The position numbers and the translations under genes are program-made. The notes under the pieces are model-generated. The model was not told the origin of the DNA, did not search any database, and saw nothing but the letters and a program-made list of their open reading frames with translations. A stretch of DNA of 36,668 nucleotides from Chlamydiia bacterium (lineage in GTDB: Bacteria; Chlamydiota; Chlamydiia; Chlamydiales; JBMOFD01): NCBI GenBank assembly GCA_049314435.1, contig JBMOFD010000009.1, positions 1 through 36,668 on the forward strand. The letters are read 5' to 3'. Of this stretch, positions 26,301 through 32,204 are shown in pieces; the first letter of the stretch is position 1; each line of letters begins with the position of its first letter.

Positions 26301-27433
26301 GGGCTCTGTTCGGGGATGCCGAAGGGTGGAGAGATCCCCAGGCTGTACTCAAAGAGCATATGGAGAGCCTGTGGCGCAAGTTTGGAAGTGACAAGAGGTT
26401 CTCTTCCGGAGACAAGGCTCGGGTTCGAGCCCGGATGGAGGGGATTGTGCGGGAGTCGCCCCAGTATACGCCAGAGCAGGTACTCGTTGGCTCCAAGGGT
26501 TCCTCAGTCGTATCGCTGGCTCTTGGACAGTCTGAACAGATAGCGATCTCGCAACAGATGGCCACCGAACAGCAGGCGCAGGTGTCTCAGGAGGTCCAAC
26601 AGCAGGTGCAGCAAGAGGTGGACCAGCAGCTGCAACAGCAGATGGACGAGGCGACCCAGGAGGCTCACCCCCCCTCTCGTCATCTCTCTGAAGAGCGTGC
26701 TAGTTGGGGGGAGAAGGTTTCTTGTCTGGCCAACTTAAACTGGTTGGTGGCGACCGATCCTGCTGGCCCTGTGGATCTGAAGAAGGTGAGCTTCTTATCT
26801 GTTCCCTCTTATTTGAGACGTTCTGCAGAGTTCGCGCCCATTGCTAACCAGTTCACTCCCACGATGTATTGGACCAGCAACTCCCTTGGGATCTACACGA
26901 ATGGCACGCTGGCGCTTCCCTACTCGGATGTGCAGCAACCGATGGCGCACCTACTGCTCATTCAGCGGCAGAATGGAGATCGCACGGAAACCTCTTCGAT
27001 TGCCCTTACGCAAGAAGAGGCCGTGGACTGGAACAGAGAGCTACGGAAGGCTCAAACCATTCACCCGAACTTAAAATTCGGCGTGTATGACCTCGTGCAC
27101 CAGAAGATCATCCAGACCACGTCGATGCAGGGGCTCACCGAGGAGGATCTCTTCGCCGATACCCAGTGCATGGAAGACATAGGCCGTTGGGGCTACCTGG
27201 CCGGATACACGACGGTCTATCGCGCTCCCAATCCTACCGTGGCGGAGGACCTGCGTCGCTTCATGAGTGGCTGGATCCAGGATAAGAGTTCCGACATGGT
27301 CAACTGCTTCCTGGCCATCCGCAAGCGGTTTGGGGTGGAGCCTTATGCGAAGAGCCAGATGGAAGCGATGATGATCAAGGCCCTGCGCGTTGATCCATTC
27401 ACCTTGCATCGGGCTCAACGCTTTAGTTCTTGA
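14327..27433 (+). CDS. Giant (4368 aa) multidomain protein with C-terminal DUF3638-like / SecA-like SF2 P-loop ATPase; candidate host-directed effector
   Basis: Uninterrupted 13.1-kb ORF. Walker A QLNTGIGKT (24119), DEAH (24602), GTATP (25472), DGGALF (25685), QSVGRMR (25991), then a Gln/Glu-rich tract. TTG start uncertain. Confidence 0.85.
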   Translation: MDRLGLWPHVVAELGSPQLGNGAGAPLSLEERIQRRCTTVLGSSTPVERTSWKGRASDLIRACTGIGAPTETMKSLFDSTMRLIGAKELKELSFEGRLAIQRLRHPMLEDEPFDDLLGRVRDQLKEGEAALREQAAPRESVVQPRSWLDDPAQLETFSLLHRRSPSSKGKAPSPQVLDALIQGPGHDASMPELSNGYVSNAQTQELLETLGSEEIAKDRQFSWWVRGGRTSGPTVRDATQELLVAQKDLDGLDGIIDRGEAPAHRGGALKEIRKRAFGLSRQVTNLKNESLRFMVGSRPVMPQLEAILKKCAGGELKGAASSVSYTTSWIDGILTHVASAGESFVQNCGGGPGPDGTLPDLMNVLEQAARQACMDSIMKMVQSLQSGESKEAPTPIQWLATTLSYLFAKGVRGAIWLMKYHLSQKVGDLPKRLYQAAARGTLKQELQTLCADALLKEWKEQMLWQVSRALSKIPGPLRGIITRSLGPIGHAEQPLLVEIRRQSDGRYTVRLFGEAGSLAHHMTSDGNTQNPKEWRDVEARVLSTDFFATLLLHRAESSWESQLHQGNEALYRGVLKQLGNVCPQPIEAESRQAEWTAGRWALSCAYMRYRLKQTEEMQEQLLGRMGKALLLRSIRVAKGNADVLDRSQLTFKRALSRLLHVELHHPSEHSDQEVKRLYATLWDLQRRYPDVLLATTATSGEAPPDFMQLVGGQLGWVAPGDEGLVADVLAVAVGPEMEPMIRKALAEMVNKRAAKPFQWRWPTVGDAESMVSYGTYALIGVSPRDLYAPTFFSWFRIAGAVAKVATLIFFPGPTLLRVAMPMVITVVTEVAKRALYRLALFFTPEPVKAMVRKARAWTMAWVAKKLIPPQQLAMIRELAQHWHNRLHRGGELDYRLPPLPQAVPVESQEVVPMGAQEAVPVESQEVAPVGPNQAEVLRVRVTKVYPPAPPVAAPMQGPPEEDLHRDPLEVCQRLLDSRRPEVVAPLKSGPSEGKAQPHDVGSGEGASSEGVKVAQGVNPRDEPNKISDQRFQERTEDLWRFLRAVQRLDVPSKDRTTYWHQLPLECVQPAMDLLVRLSYALAGIDQNDPQFALKEGLVEGKSRFASAFTRSEIVVMLHKLYAIGDLLARRMPDAHLNDKDKEFKTTPWFFGAWADSLQMSVENLKKGKDDIGLMDITCSLVGGDSLSQLPEIQRYFDLDPERPGELFRNPKGLKKEREETLFFSAEGLDVAGYGWISSKSCRSMGEAHYFRHLLKQEEIQQKFKRRLSKEEDQDAAEIDRFTMLYCNTEGPDGDPENLLPMSFDALRRLFDVAHTYMSFPDMQARPPEYEAKSTGSRIAGFMNDITLEAVHKHDFNKYRFLAKRWKGSAELEGESFVMQDHQSLRPDQVFSNNQHPHPTRGFHGCRDEARWSRRGCRIIKFPRATANNLGVAHNAWTSFRHSQRRSSALITNGPGKEDATFKQRVYAEFFNIDTPHRELPFRELNAHERRLIELTHVDAEDELSRTLAFFRLAPHHLFTAKHALWLRYELLHTTHLYVQLKNNPKLAEVLADFFNEIFDRITTNQEPIGYDRMQRDYLSWEVASEKVAGLLVETQAGVQSVIRAALGADHPSLKRFRGVGRTINQVRAAIPQAVASTKEWHRLTYRFLDPMHASHEDWMGLMRIAYEDGTKTRPIGPPPSPQFTYRAAWDRDSDEAEEGIVEARLLWKDALIRRLNEDREFRDEALSEALRLHSQSLAAGTILHWEGQYPDFVSTEHTAKCRFDGHQFALWVDAAGSDGKKREHTPGSMIRTLTGYDAMPMMQVAAYTWQCQEVEYHQLSVVGRPNADGSIGYVCCWKDDQSGLIYEWTEAPLDADGCWTWVAKDPSAPSGMRTMRMNDGEVVERDGRPVRRRAAAPARQRQADPPQVVVPSLPVAHPSSMASLYGFASAERIEIKRSKEDPDKMGSIRFLDEPGLSFNVQAVNGRDEAVWNEDPRFHLARNQSPPALSEALAPYHRYLLLDSAEGRQEIILPREHLLDQMVSSVVGKLAGPMLVPGSASSVPLPSWLEGLIQTPLRGVGRSSKVGLMTGCIRAQIDRSGHLETDSAQDHGWLVCYHLVRGNHQEVRWHLDRMEELLQRARLEPGLTQLSLLLQVAALMPQNRPWLDTAMRFVALVEENQLLHAPKITEPQTHLSLRSALLQILLHQAPQGGRGTPREQQEHILLRAAHRYMRDAGISCVDLLGAVGRYVHLDGETVAQALLMLPHLNRRLDELNNLYAHDSCPASHNPSDSGFQRVMRMAVQAVVAKVRGGQQHRDGGAITQSLLGSIDAGLSRVLGGQPSASIILAPFKIPPAFTEATEAVTQLLSSTETTIPTEPWDPTMSWDRVPLKVDEISGRELHDGFPAYYRLAKGTPPKGLTRREQTLFMQRVEAFRTVLPLVRSRAWRPANSSTLYLLHNVVVNPDAFPTPDTYEALREADKKAADQVQLLPPPEQPYDDKALLRAAEDETTCLESIFQVHRNRIAADPGAWKPPILNRFYPDYDWNVVPLDKLTPEVIQIGFFGYYRLAAGKPPAGLSPAQLTKFYDRVQQFRAAISALPQQIQTWPRKDRHVMHTVQLLQSVATSNPDEFPDPEAFEAAVVAQEELRASRRRTEVPLDEAVRKAHIDMNRCLRAISKAHHDRLGYVDPDTVSIEDHLLFLAPKDPNSWHMGWLNLNLRSANIKGEFLHWYRLVKGLPPAGLTAAELTKFRGCVDVARASLPEFRALFEKSDKNKTDSFCIHLLESVAADPDQFPDAEIFTGVVKTYLNLSAASEKAHNDKKQAYNENRARMERAITESHQAKVACEDQMRQAHFKQMIEERGGGVLTALGHLAQLAVDNQLSCMANNPVRALLRYSRVGPVVTAVELAQGLYHMFKAVSEAHQQDAVINKDEQQAFREVARRPDGPVLSQMGELLTEDDRHCAALLHRLVTGEGNSDPAASAQVGNVVPDDAEFFPCQQMVDEPQQGVREEEEFFPCQQADGLHEEEDAVPEDGKFFPAQQMIDERHDEAMVARSLAKVNENLEEYFARPQSHLPQDDLATPEGQQRLSAGLGLAREEAMTPVLQGLRGAILKLVRRLPTPDPSESAEDRLKSGRGSHAVAERVEVDEEGRWLDLLQAFARHDLHWFESETTLDATSLVLFEQWMYRYLLYAIRDKQLADGQRQLDELSKMSPTLPEYGLRLAKLKEHLLRPTAYTYEHFSDRFLRTSMVFEAVHGCRLWQRQVTQLERSIQEMRSGEDDLVLQLNTGIGKTFYIGPETDLVAADGRVSLVNCFTPALAPVCSAQVRHALATVAGRPCLEIQSTRSKPLDEGQLRALIARCERAILHRESFASKKTDFQSLELIFIEKYMEYVEGLKEGGLLKNLIGSCYKRDTKKTATRAQKRHLNYYRDLLRLIRSGMKLNADEAHEMFRRKDELNHPLSGQSHLPESTVRQVLDGVYLMFEDPQLHALLPLDGRTTFDLEAYKEWGKDRLADLLGRQMKIPPDELPAFHTYLTDRTAPTPRFIRNHPQKEQMALIRGLVNVLLPEALKMTFCVHFGLPKDPAVAEPEIAIPYLGNDRPSQDSKIKNPLEELIKTAISFAHRRLNASQIRTLLDRQLIQAREEAAALGIRFEQTEKARVLAEWMGVSADQCARLLAKSDGDLPEEILRSVNRHHGAVMTYVMAAVSPRMTHFTHSLRSDSHHFSSMFASSVAGTATPEHEGSFPVGTKVLWDPGTLGETVDFLMQRCNDAEHIHALDATSPIATLDEILPRFFAPGSRAAMIVDGGALFHGLKGQEVAERILAYVRQHRPDIQGVIFNDDQGELKVLKQPGQKPDPYLQGSLPPNALTHITYLGHFFRTGSNVLQAAGTEGVVLMGPSSNLDDICQSVGRMRGLRTSGQKIHMAMNRTLHEQLLEDGQPSMAQIIRHLRINEAREKAEDSFLAAHQKMNNLVRRCVLDAVLEMEDLDKTYQLFENYKDLFVSKMSLDPWALFGDAEGWRDPQAVLKEHMESLWRKFGSDKRFSSGDKARVRARMEGIVRESPQYTPEQVLVGSKGSSVVSLALGQSEQIAISQQMATEQQAQVSQEVQQQVQQEVDQQLQQQMDEATQEAHPPSRHLSEERASWGEKVSCLANLNWLVATDPAGPVDLKKVSFLSVPSYLRRSAEFAPIANQFTPTMYWTSNSLGIYTNGTLALPYSDVQQPMAHLLLIQRQNGDRTETSSIALTQEEAVDWNRELRKAQTIHPNLKFGVYDLVHQKIIQTTSMQGLTEEDLFADTQCMEDIGRWGYLAGYTTVYRAPNPTVAEDLRRFMSGWIQDKSSDMVNCFLAIRKRFGVEPYAKSQMEAMMIKALRVDPFTLHRAQRFSS
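17030..17119 (+). repeat. In-frame 24-bp minisatellite (about 3.7 units) in the giant gene
   Basis: GCAGTACCTGTAGAGTCTCAAGAG / GTGGTACCCATGGGGGCTCAAGAG / GCAGTACCCGTAGAGTCTCAAGAG / GTCGCCCCTGTAGGGCCT encoding AVPVESQE-VVPMGAQE-AVPVESQE-VAPVGP. Confidence 0.85.
21419..22830 (+). repeat. Three diverged ~160-aa protein repeats in the giant gene
   Basis: [YW]YRL[AV]xGxPPxGL[TS] at 21485, 21959 and 22454, each followed by LLx[NS]V...PDxFP. Confidence 0.85.
23231..23404 (+). repeat. Three acidic ~20-aa repeats with FFP[CA]QQ core
   Basis: VPDDAEFFPCQQMVDE, VREEEEFFPCQQADG, VPEDGKFFPAQQMIDE, with 60- and 66-nt spacing. Confidence 0.88.
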
Positions 27434-27589
27434 GGCAAGGAGATTCTGAATGGACTCTCTTCAGTGGATCGGACGCATCCTAGCCATGTCATTGCGGCCA
27501 AACACAATCCCCTCGCTCCCTGTATACTCTTTGGCTCAAGGCGGCAGACCCGCTTGCTTAGATGATCTCTTTTCCCCAGTGTAAGCATC

Positions 27590-29182
27590 ATGGAACTTGC
27601 TCGCTCAATGCTACGTCAGGCGACCCGATTTGGTTCGGGGACGTTCATCAGTCGTGTAGCTGGCCTATTCCGAGACATCCTCATGGCTGCGGTCCTTGGC
27701 AGTGGGGAGCATGTCGCGGCCTTCTTCATGGCCTTTCGGTTCAGCAACGTGCTCCGACGCATCTTGGGCGAGGGAGCGATGCAGTCGGCTCTCATCCCGG
27801 TCTTTGAGGAGTACCGCATCGAGAGTGAGGAGCGCGCGGCTCGTTTTTTCCGGGCCACCTGGGTCATGGTCTCTGGCATCCTCCTTATCATCCTCCTATT
27901 GACCGAGGGGATCTTAGGTTGGGTCAACTACACCTGGCCGCAGCACAGTTTCTCGGAGGCGTTCACCCTCACCATGGTGATGGCACCTGGCCTACTCTTC
28001 GTCTGCTGGTATGGGATCCAGGCCGCTCTGTGTACCTGCTATGGCCATTTCTTCACGCCAGCTGTAGCGCCCGCCGCGTTCAATATCATCTGGATCTTAG
28101 CCCTGATCTCTATGCAGGGATGGGCCCCTGCCGAGATCGTCACCGTCTTGAGCGCCACCATAGTAGGAGCCTATGCCCTACAGTGGATCGCTGTGACTCC
28201 GGTCACTGTGGGGGCACTCCGGCAGGCTCTGGGGCGCGATTGGTGGCGTGAGCGATTCGAGTCGCTGGCGCCTCTAAAGAGGCTGATTGCACCTCTGACC
28301 TTAGGTCTGGTCGGCGTGAGTGCCGCTCAGCTCAACAGCATGATGGATGCGGTCTTCGCCCGTGTGGCTGATCCCTCTGGGCCAGCCTATCTCTGGTACG
28401 CCATCCGGTTAGAGCAGGTGCCGATCGGCGTGATCGGAGTGGCCCTTTCCAATGCCGCCCTTCCGAGCCTGGCTCGTTGCCTCCATCGAGGTGCCCTTGG
28501 GGAATTTTCAGAGCTGGTGCGTACTAGCTTGGTGCGCAGTGGGCAGGCGATGCTCCTCTTCACCACCCTCTTCCTCGCCATGGGATATCCGCTCATGGAG
28601 ACGATCTTCTGTCGGGGGGCCTTCTGCCGGATGGCCACAGCAGAAACAACGCTCTGCCTATGGGCCTATGCCATCGGCCTAGTTCCACAAACCTGGGTGA
28701 TCCTTCTCACGCCGATCTTCTATGCGGCCAAAGACTACCGTACTCCTTCAGTGGCCGCCGTTCTCTCCCTCGCATGCAACGCCCTTCTCAACGCATGCCT
28801 GGTCTACTTCTGTGGACTTGGGGCTGTGAGTATCGCGCTTGCTACGGGCGTAGCTGCCGTGATCAACCTCTGCTGGCTATCGCACCGCATTCCCGGCACC
28901 CTCAACAAAGCCGTCTTCCTCCCCATGCTACGTTTCTGTCCGCCGCTGATGGTAGGAGCTCTCTGCGCTGTGGTGGCGGGCCTCTGGCTGGATGATCCCT
29001 CTCTTTCGATTCTCTATGGGGAGTTCCCTCAAGGGGCCAGCGCGCCGCTGTGGATCAAAGCAAGTAGTCTCCTTGCCCAAGGAGCCTGCTTCGGGGTCGG
29101 CTTCTTCCTGATGGGAGGATGGCGTCAATGGCGATCGATTCTGCAGGAGCAACCTCTCCCTTCGCGCATTAACTCTCTATAA
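27590..29182 (+). CDS. murJ: Lipid II flippase MurJ (MviN)
   Basis: SRVAGLFRD, AFRFSNVLRRILGEGA, YAIRLEQVPIG, FYAAKDYRTP; many TM helices. Confidence 0.95.
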   Translation: MELARSMLRQATRFGSGTFISRVAGLFRDILMAAVLGSGEHVAAFFMAFRFSNVLRRILGEGAMQSALIPVFEEYRIESEERAARFFRATWVMVSGILLIILLLTEGILGWVNYTWPQHSFSEAFTLTMVMAPGLLFVCWYGIQAALCTCYGHFFTPAVAPAAFNIIWILALISMQGWAPAEIVTVLSATIVGAYALQWIAVTPVTVGALRQALGRDWWRERFESLAPLKRLIAPLTLGLVGVSAAQLNSMMDAVFARVADPSGPAYLWYAIRLEQVPIGVIGVALSNAALPSLARCLHRGALGEFSELVRTSLVRSGQAMLLFTTLFLAMGYPLMETIFCRGAFCRMATAETTLCLWAYAIGLVPQTWVILLTPIFYAAKDYRTPSVAAVLSLACNALLNACLVYFCGLGAVSIALATGVAAVINLCWLSHRIPGTLNKAVFLPMLRFCPPLMVGALCAVVAGLWLDDPSLSILYGEFPQGASAPLWIKASSLLAQGACFGVGFFLMGGWRQWRSILQEQPLPSRINSL

Positions 29183-29194
29183 AATTATATATAA

Positions 29195-29245
29195 GGTGGT
29201 CTAGAGGATGGAATCCTCCAGCTGAGGTGCGGAGCGGAGCTCCGT
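29195..29245 (+). repeat. REP-like double-hairpin element, copy 5, between convergent murJ and rpsD
   Basis: GGTGGT-CTAGAGGA-tggaa-TCCTCCAG-ctgaggt-GCGGAGC-gga-GCTCCGT; nearly identical to 263-313. Confidence 0.85.
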
Positions 29246-29265
29246 AAGCTGGCATAGTGTTCTAG

Positions 29266-29298
29266 AAAAAAAGATAGGCGGAGCAGGGGCTCCGCCTA
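29266..29298 (-). terminator. Intrinsic terminator of rpsD
   Basis: 10-bp stem TAGGCGGAGC/GCTCCGCCTA with 4-nt loop, followed on the minus strand by TCTTTTTTT, 8 nt after the rpsD stop. Confidence 0.85.
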
Positions 29299-29306
29299 GA
29301 GCGCCT

Positions 29307-29927
29307 TTAGCCGTGGTAGGCTAGGAAGTCGCAGACTGTATGGATGTTGATCGGCAGAGCCAACTGGATCTGGTCAATCGTAGGCAGAACCAACAGCGAG
29401 CCGCTGGCTGTGTTTGGATCCATCGACAGGTATTCGGGTACCGTGCGGCTACCGTGCTCGATGGCGTTCTTGACGACGAGGATCTCACGTGATTTCTCAC
29501 GTAGGGAGATCTTCATGCCAGGGTGAACCACGAAGCTACGGATGTCGACCTTCTTGCCATCGACGAGCACATGGCCGTGGGCCACGAGCTGCTGAGCAGC
29601 AAAGATGGTAGGAGCAAAGCGCAGACGATAGACGATGTTGTCCAGTCGGCATTCCAGAGCTTGAAGCAGCTTGTTCGCTACGTCACCATGATGGGCTACT
29701 GCCTTCTCATAGTAGCGCATGAGTTGCTTCTCTGTGAGCATGCCGTAGCAAGCCTTCAGCTTCTGCTTCTCATCGAGCTGCATGCCGTAGTCTGATTTCT
29801 TCTTACGTTTAGCACCATGCTGCCCTGGAGGATGCGGCTTCTTCGCCAGGGGATTCTTCAGACGACCGAAGATATTGGTGCCATATTTGCGGGCAATCCG
29901 GTTCTTAGGACCGAGATAACGTGCCAT
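29307..29927 (-). CDS. rpsD: 30S ribosomal protein S4
   Basis: [50 protein letters not shown]; true ATG at 29927 with GAGG RBS. Confidence 0.97.
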   Translation of the reverse strand: MARYLGPKNRIARKYGTNIFGRLKNPLAKKPHPPGQHGAKRKKKSDYGMQLDEKQKLKACYGMLTEKQLMRYYEKAVAHHGDVANKLLQALECRLDNIVYRLRFAPTIFAAQQLVAHGHVLVDGKKVDIRSFVVHPGMKISLREKSREILVVKNAIEHGSRTVPEYLSMDPNTASGSLLVLPTIDQIQLALPINIHTVCDFLAYHG

Positions 29928-30062
29928 AATGGCCTCTAACTTAGGCGGAGAACTACCAACATATCCTGATGATCGAGGGACTCCGACGTTCTCCGCGCCG
30001 TCGGGCTTCTCAATCGAGGCGCACCATGTTATCCTAAGCCTCCGTAATTTATCTATATTGCT

Positions 30063-31031
30063 ATGTCTGAACATCTTCCTCTTGATCAAGCCCCCTATTG
30101 GGTCGTCGCCGCTTACTACCTCGTCCCCTTGGATCAGCCCAGGGAAGAGATCGATCGTCATAGAAAGTTTTTACTGACCAGAGATGCCCGCTCAAGGATC
30201 TACATTGGACCTGAGGGGATGAACATCCAGATGAGCGCGAAGGCGGAGGATGCCGAGGCGTACATGGAGTGGTTGCGTCAGGATGAGCGTTTCCCTGGCA
30301 TCGAGTTCAAGGTGCAGGGAAGTCGAGAGCAGGTGTTCCCAAGATTGACGATCAAGTGGAAGCAGCAGCTGGTGGCAGTGGGGCGTCCGGTGGATTTGAA
30401 TCAGGCGGGTCCTCATCTGAGTTCAGCTGAGTGGCGCAAGACCATCGAAGAGGGAGGGGAAGATCTCATCCTGTTGGATGTACGGAATCGGTATGAGTGG
30501 GAAGTGGGTCATTTCAAGGGAGCGATCCCTGCTCCTTGCGAGACCTTTCGGGAATTTCCGGAATGGGTACAGCAGCTCAAGCAGCAGGTCGATCCGTCAA
30601 AAAAGAAAGTCCTGATGTGCTGCACGGGTGGGATTCGCTGTGAGTTCTTTTCAGCTCTCATGAGGGAGGAGGGATTTGAGGAGGTCTATCAGTTAGATGG
30701 TGGCATGCTCAAGTATAGCGCTGAGGATGGCGATGCCCTATGGGAGGGGAGTCTCTTTGTCTTCGATGATCGCCTCACCGTACCGATGGGACCCAATGCG
30801 GCTCCATGTGGACGCTGCCACCATTGTGAGGCGGGGACGGAGCGCTACCTCAACTGTGCGAACATGGACTGCAATCGACTCTTCCTATGCTGTCCTGCCT
30901 GCCTAGAATCTCAGATGGGTTGCTGCTGTGAGGAGTGTCGAGCATCGCCGCGTCTCCGCAAACTGCAGAAAGAGAATCCCTATAAACCATTTGCCAGGGC
31001 GCACCTTGATGTGGAGCTTGCTCGAGGATAG
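30063..31031 (+). CDS. trhO: Rhodanese-domain tRNA U34 hydroxylase (TrhO/YceA, UPF0176)
   Basis: [43 protein letters not shown] and a Cys-rich C-terminus. Confidence 0.88.
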   Translation: MSEHLPLDQAPYWVVAAYYLVPLDQPREEIDRHRKFLLTRDARSRIYIGPEGMNIQMSAKAEDAEAYMEWLRQDERFPGIEFKVQGSREQVFPRLTIKWKQQLVAVGRPVDLNQAGPHLSSAEWRKTIEEGGEDLILLDVRNRYEWEVGHFKGAIPAPCETFREFPEWVQQLKQQVDPSKKKVLMCCTGGIRCEFFSALMREEGFEEVYQLDGGMLKYSAEDGDALWEGSLFVFDDRLTVPMGPNAAPCGRCHHCEAGTERYLNCANMDCNRLFLCCPACLESQMGCCCEECRASPRLRKLQKENPYKPFARAHLDVELARG

Positions 31032-31710
31032 CGGCGTCGCTGTTCGGTTTTTAGCGCCTTTGGAGCAGCAGCTCACTGGGCGGTCGCGTCGAGTCAGCTG
31101 GGCTCAACTAGAACAGCAGCTCTCCTCCACGAGGGTCTTGGTGATTCCCGGGGGACGGGACCTGCCCTATCTCGAGGCGATTCTCCAGGGGGACCGGGTG
31201 CCTCGACTTCAAGAGTGGGTGCAACAAGGCGGTGTGGTCCTGGCGCTATGTGCTGGAGCCTACTTCGTGTCGACCTCTATTGTATTCGATGGAGGCGGTC
31301 CACTGGAAGTCACTGGCGAACGACCCCTTCGGTGGATCCAAGGGAGGGCAGTTGGGCCAATGCCATGGGCAGCGCCCTTTGCCTATGACGACTGGCGTGG
31401 TGCTCGTGTGGTTTCACTCCAGACGATCTGGAGTAAGGCGCCTTTGCGCGCGGTGTACTACGGCGGATGTACCTGGGTGGAGCTCCAATCAGGAGACGTT
31501 CTGGCCCGCTATCCCTGCGGAGCTCCGGCGATCGTGCAGCAGGCCGTAGGAAGGGGCTATGTGGTCGCCTGTGGTGCCCATCCAGAATGGCCGTTGGATG
31601 AGCTCCCTCCAGAGTGGAGAGAGTCAGATCACTCCAGAGCGCTATTATGGCAGCTCCTCGATCAGCATATGGAGGCACTATGCACACACTGCATGTCCGC
31701 TCTTGTGTAA
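31009..31710 (+). CDS. BPL-N domain protein (class I glutamine amidotransferase-like fold)
   Basis: LVIPGGRDLPY, LALCAGAY (nucleophile elbow), YYGG, GRG, GAHPE; ATG 31009 overlaps the trhO end. Confidence 0.8.
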   Translation: MWSLLEDSGVAVRFLAPLEQQLTGRSRRVSWAQLEQQLSSTRVLVIPGGRDLPYLEAILQGDRVPRLQEWVQQGGVVLALCAGAYFVSTSIVFDGGGPLEVTGERPLRWIQGRAVGPMPWAAPFAYDDWRGARVVSLQTIWSKAPLRAVYYGGCTWVELQSGDVLARYPCGAPAIVQQAVGRGYVVACGAHPEWPLDELPPEWRESDHSRALLWQLLDQHMEALCTHCMSALV

Positions 31711-32204
31711 GCACCATGGACGAAGCTCGAGCCCACTGGCTAGAGAAAGGGCCCCTTTCCTCCTCATGGCTCCTTGTGCGGGCCGATGAGCAGACCTGCG
31801 GACGAGGGACATGGGGAAGGCCCTGGAGCTCACCCAAGGGCAACCTCTATCTTACGTTGAGTGGTCGATGCGATCAGTCACCACAAGATCTCCCTCAGGA
31901 GGTCTCCAATGCCATCCAAGAGATGTTGAAAGCACGCGGGCTGGATGTTCAAAGGCGAGGTCTGAATGACCTCACGATCCATGGGAAAAAACTGTGTGGG
32001 GCCCTTGTGGAGCACTGGATGTGCCAGGGACTGTCGATGATCTCGATTGGAGTGGGACTGAACGTGGCCATGGCCCCTGACGTCCCTGAGCAGTTGACCA
32101 CCTGTCTGGTTGATTGGGGATGGAACGAGTCCCTGGACCGAACGGCGGAGCTTGTGACGGAGAGTCTTCTCCAAATGCTGCAACGACGGACGCTTTATGC
32201 CTGA
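31680..32204 (+). CDS. birA: Biotin--protein ligase, minimal catalytic domain
   Basis: STMD, ADEQTCGRGTWGRPWSSPKGNLY, ND...GKKLCGALVE, IGVGLNV; GGAGG RBS before ATG 31680. Confidence 0.87.
   Translation: MHTLHVRSCVSTMDEARAHWLEKGPLSSSWLLVRADEQTCGRGTWGRPWSSPKGNLYLTLSGRCDQSPQDLPQEVSNAIQEMLKARGLDVQRRGLNDLTIHGKKLCGALVEHWMCQGLSMISIGVGLNVAMAPDVPEQLTTCLVDWGWNESLDRTAELVTESLLQMLQRRTLYA

Noticed and set aside
29928..30161. N-terminal extension of S4 in the ORF track
   Set aside because: S4 homology starts at MARYLG (29927) with its own RBS; the extension overlaps the divergent trhO.
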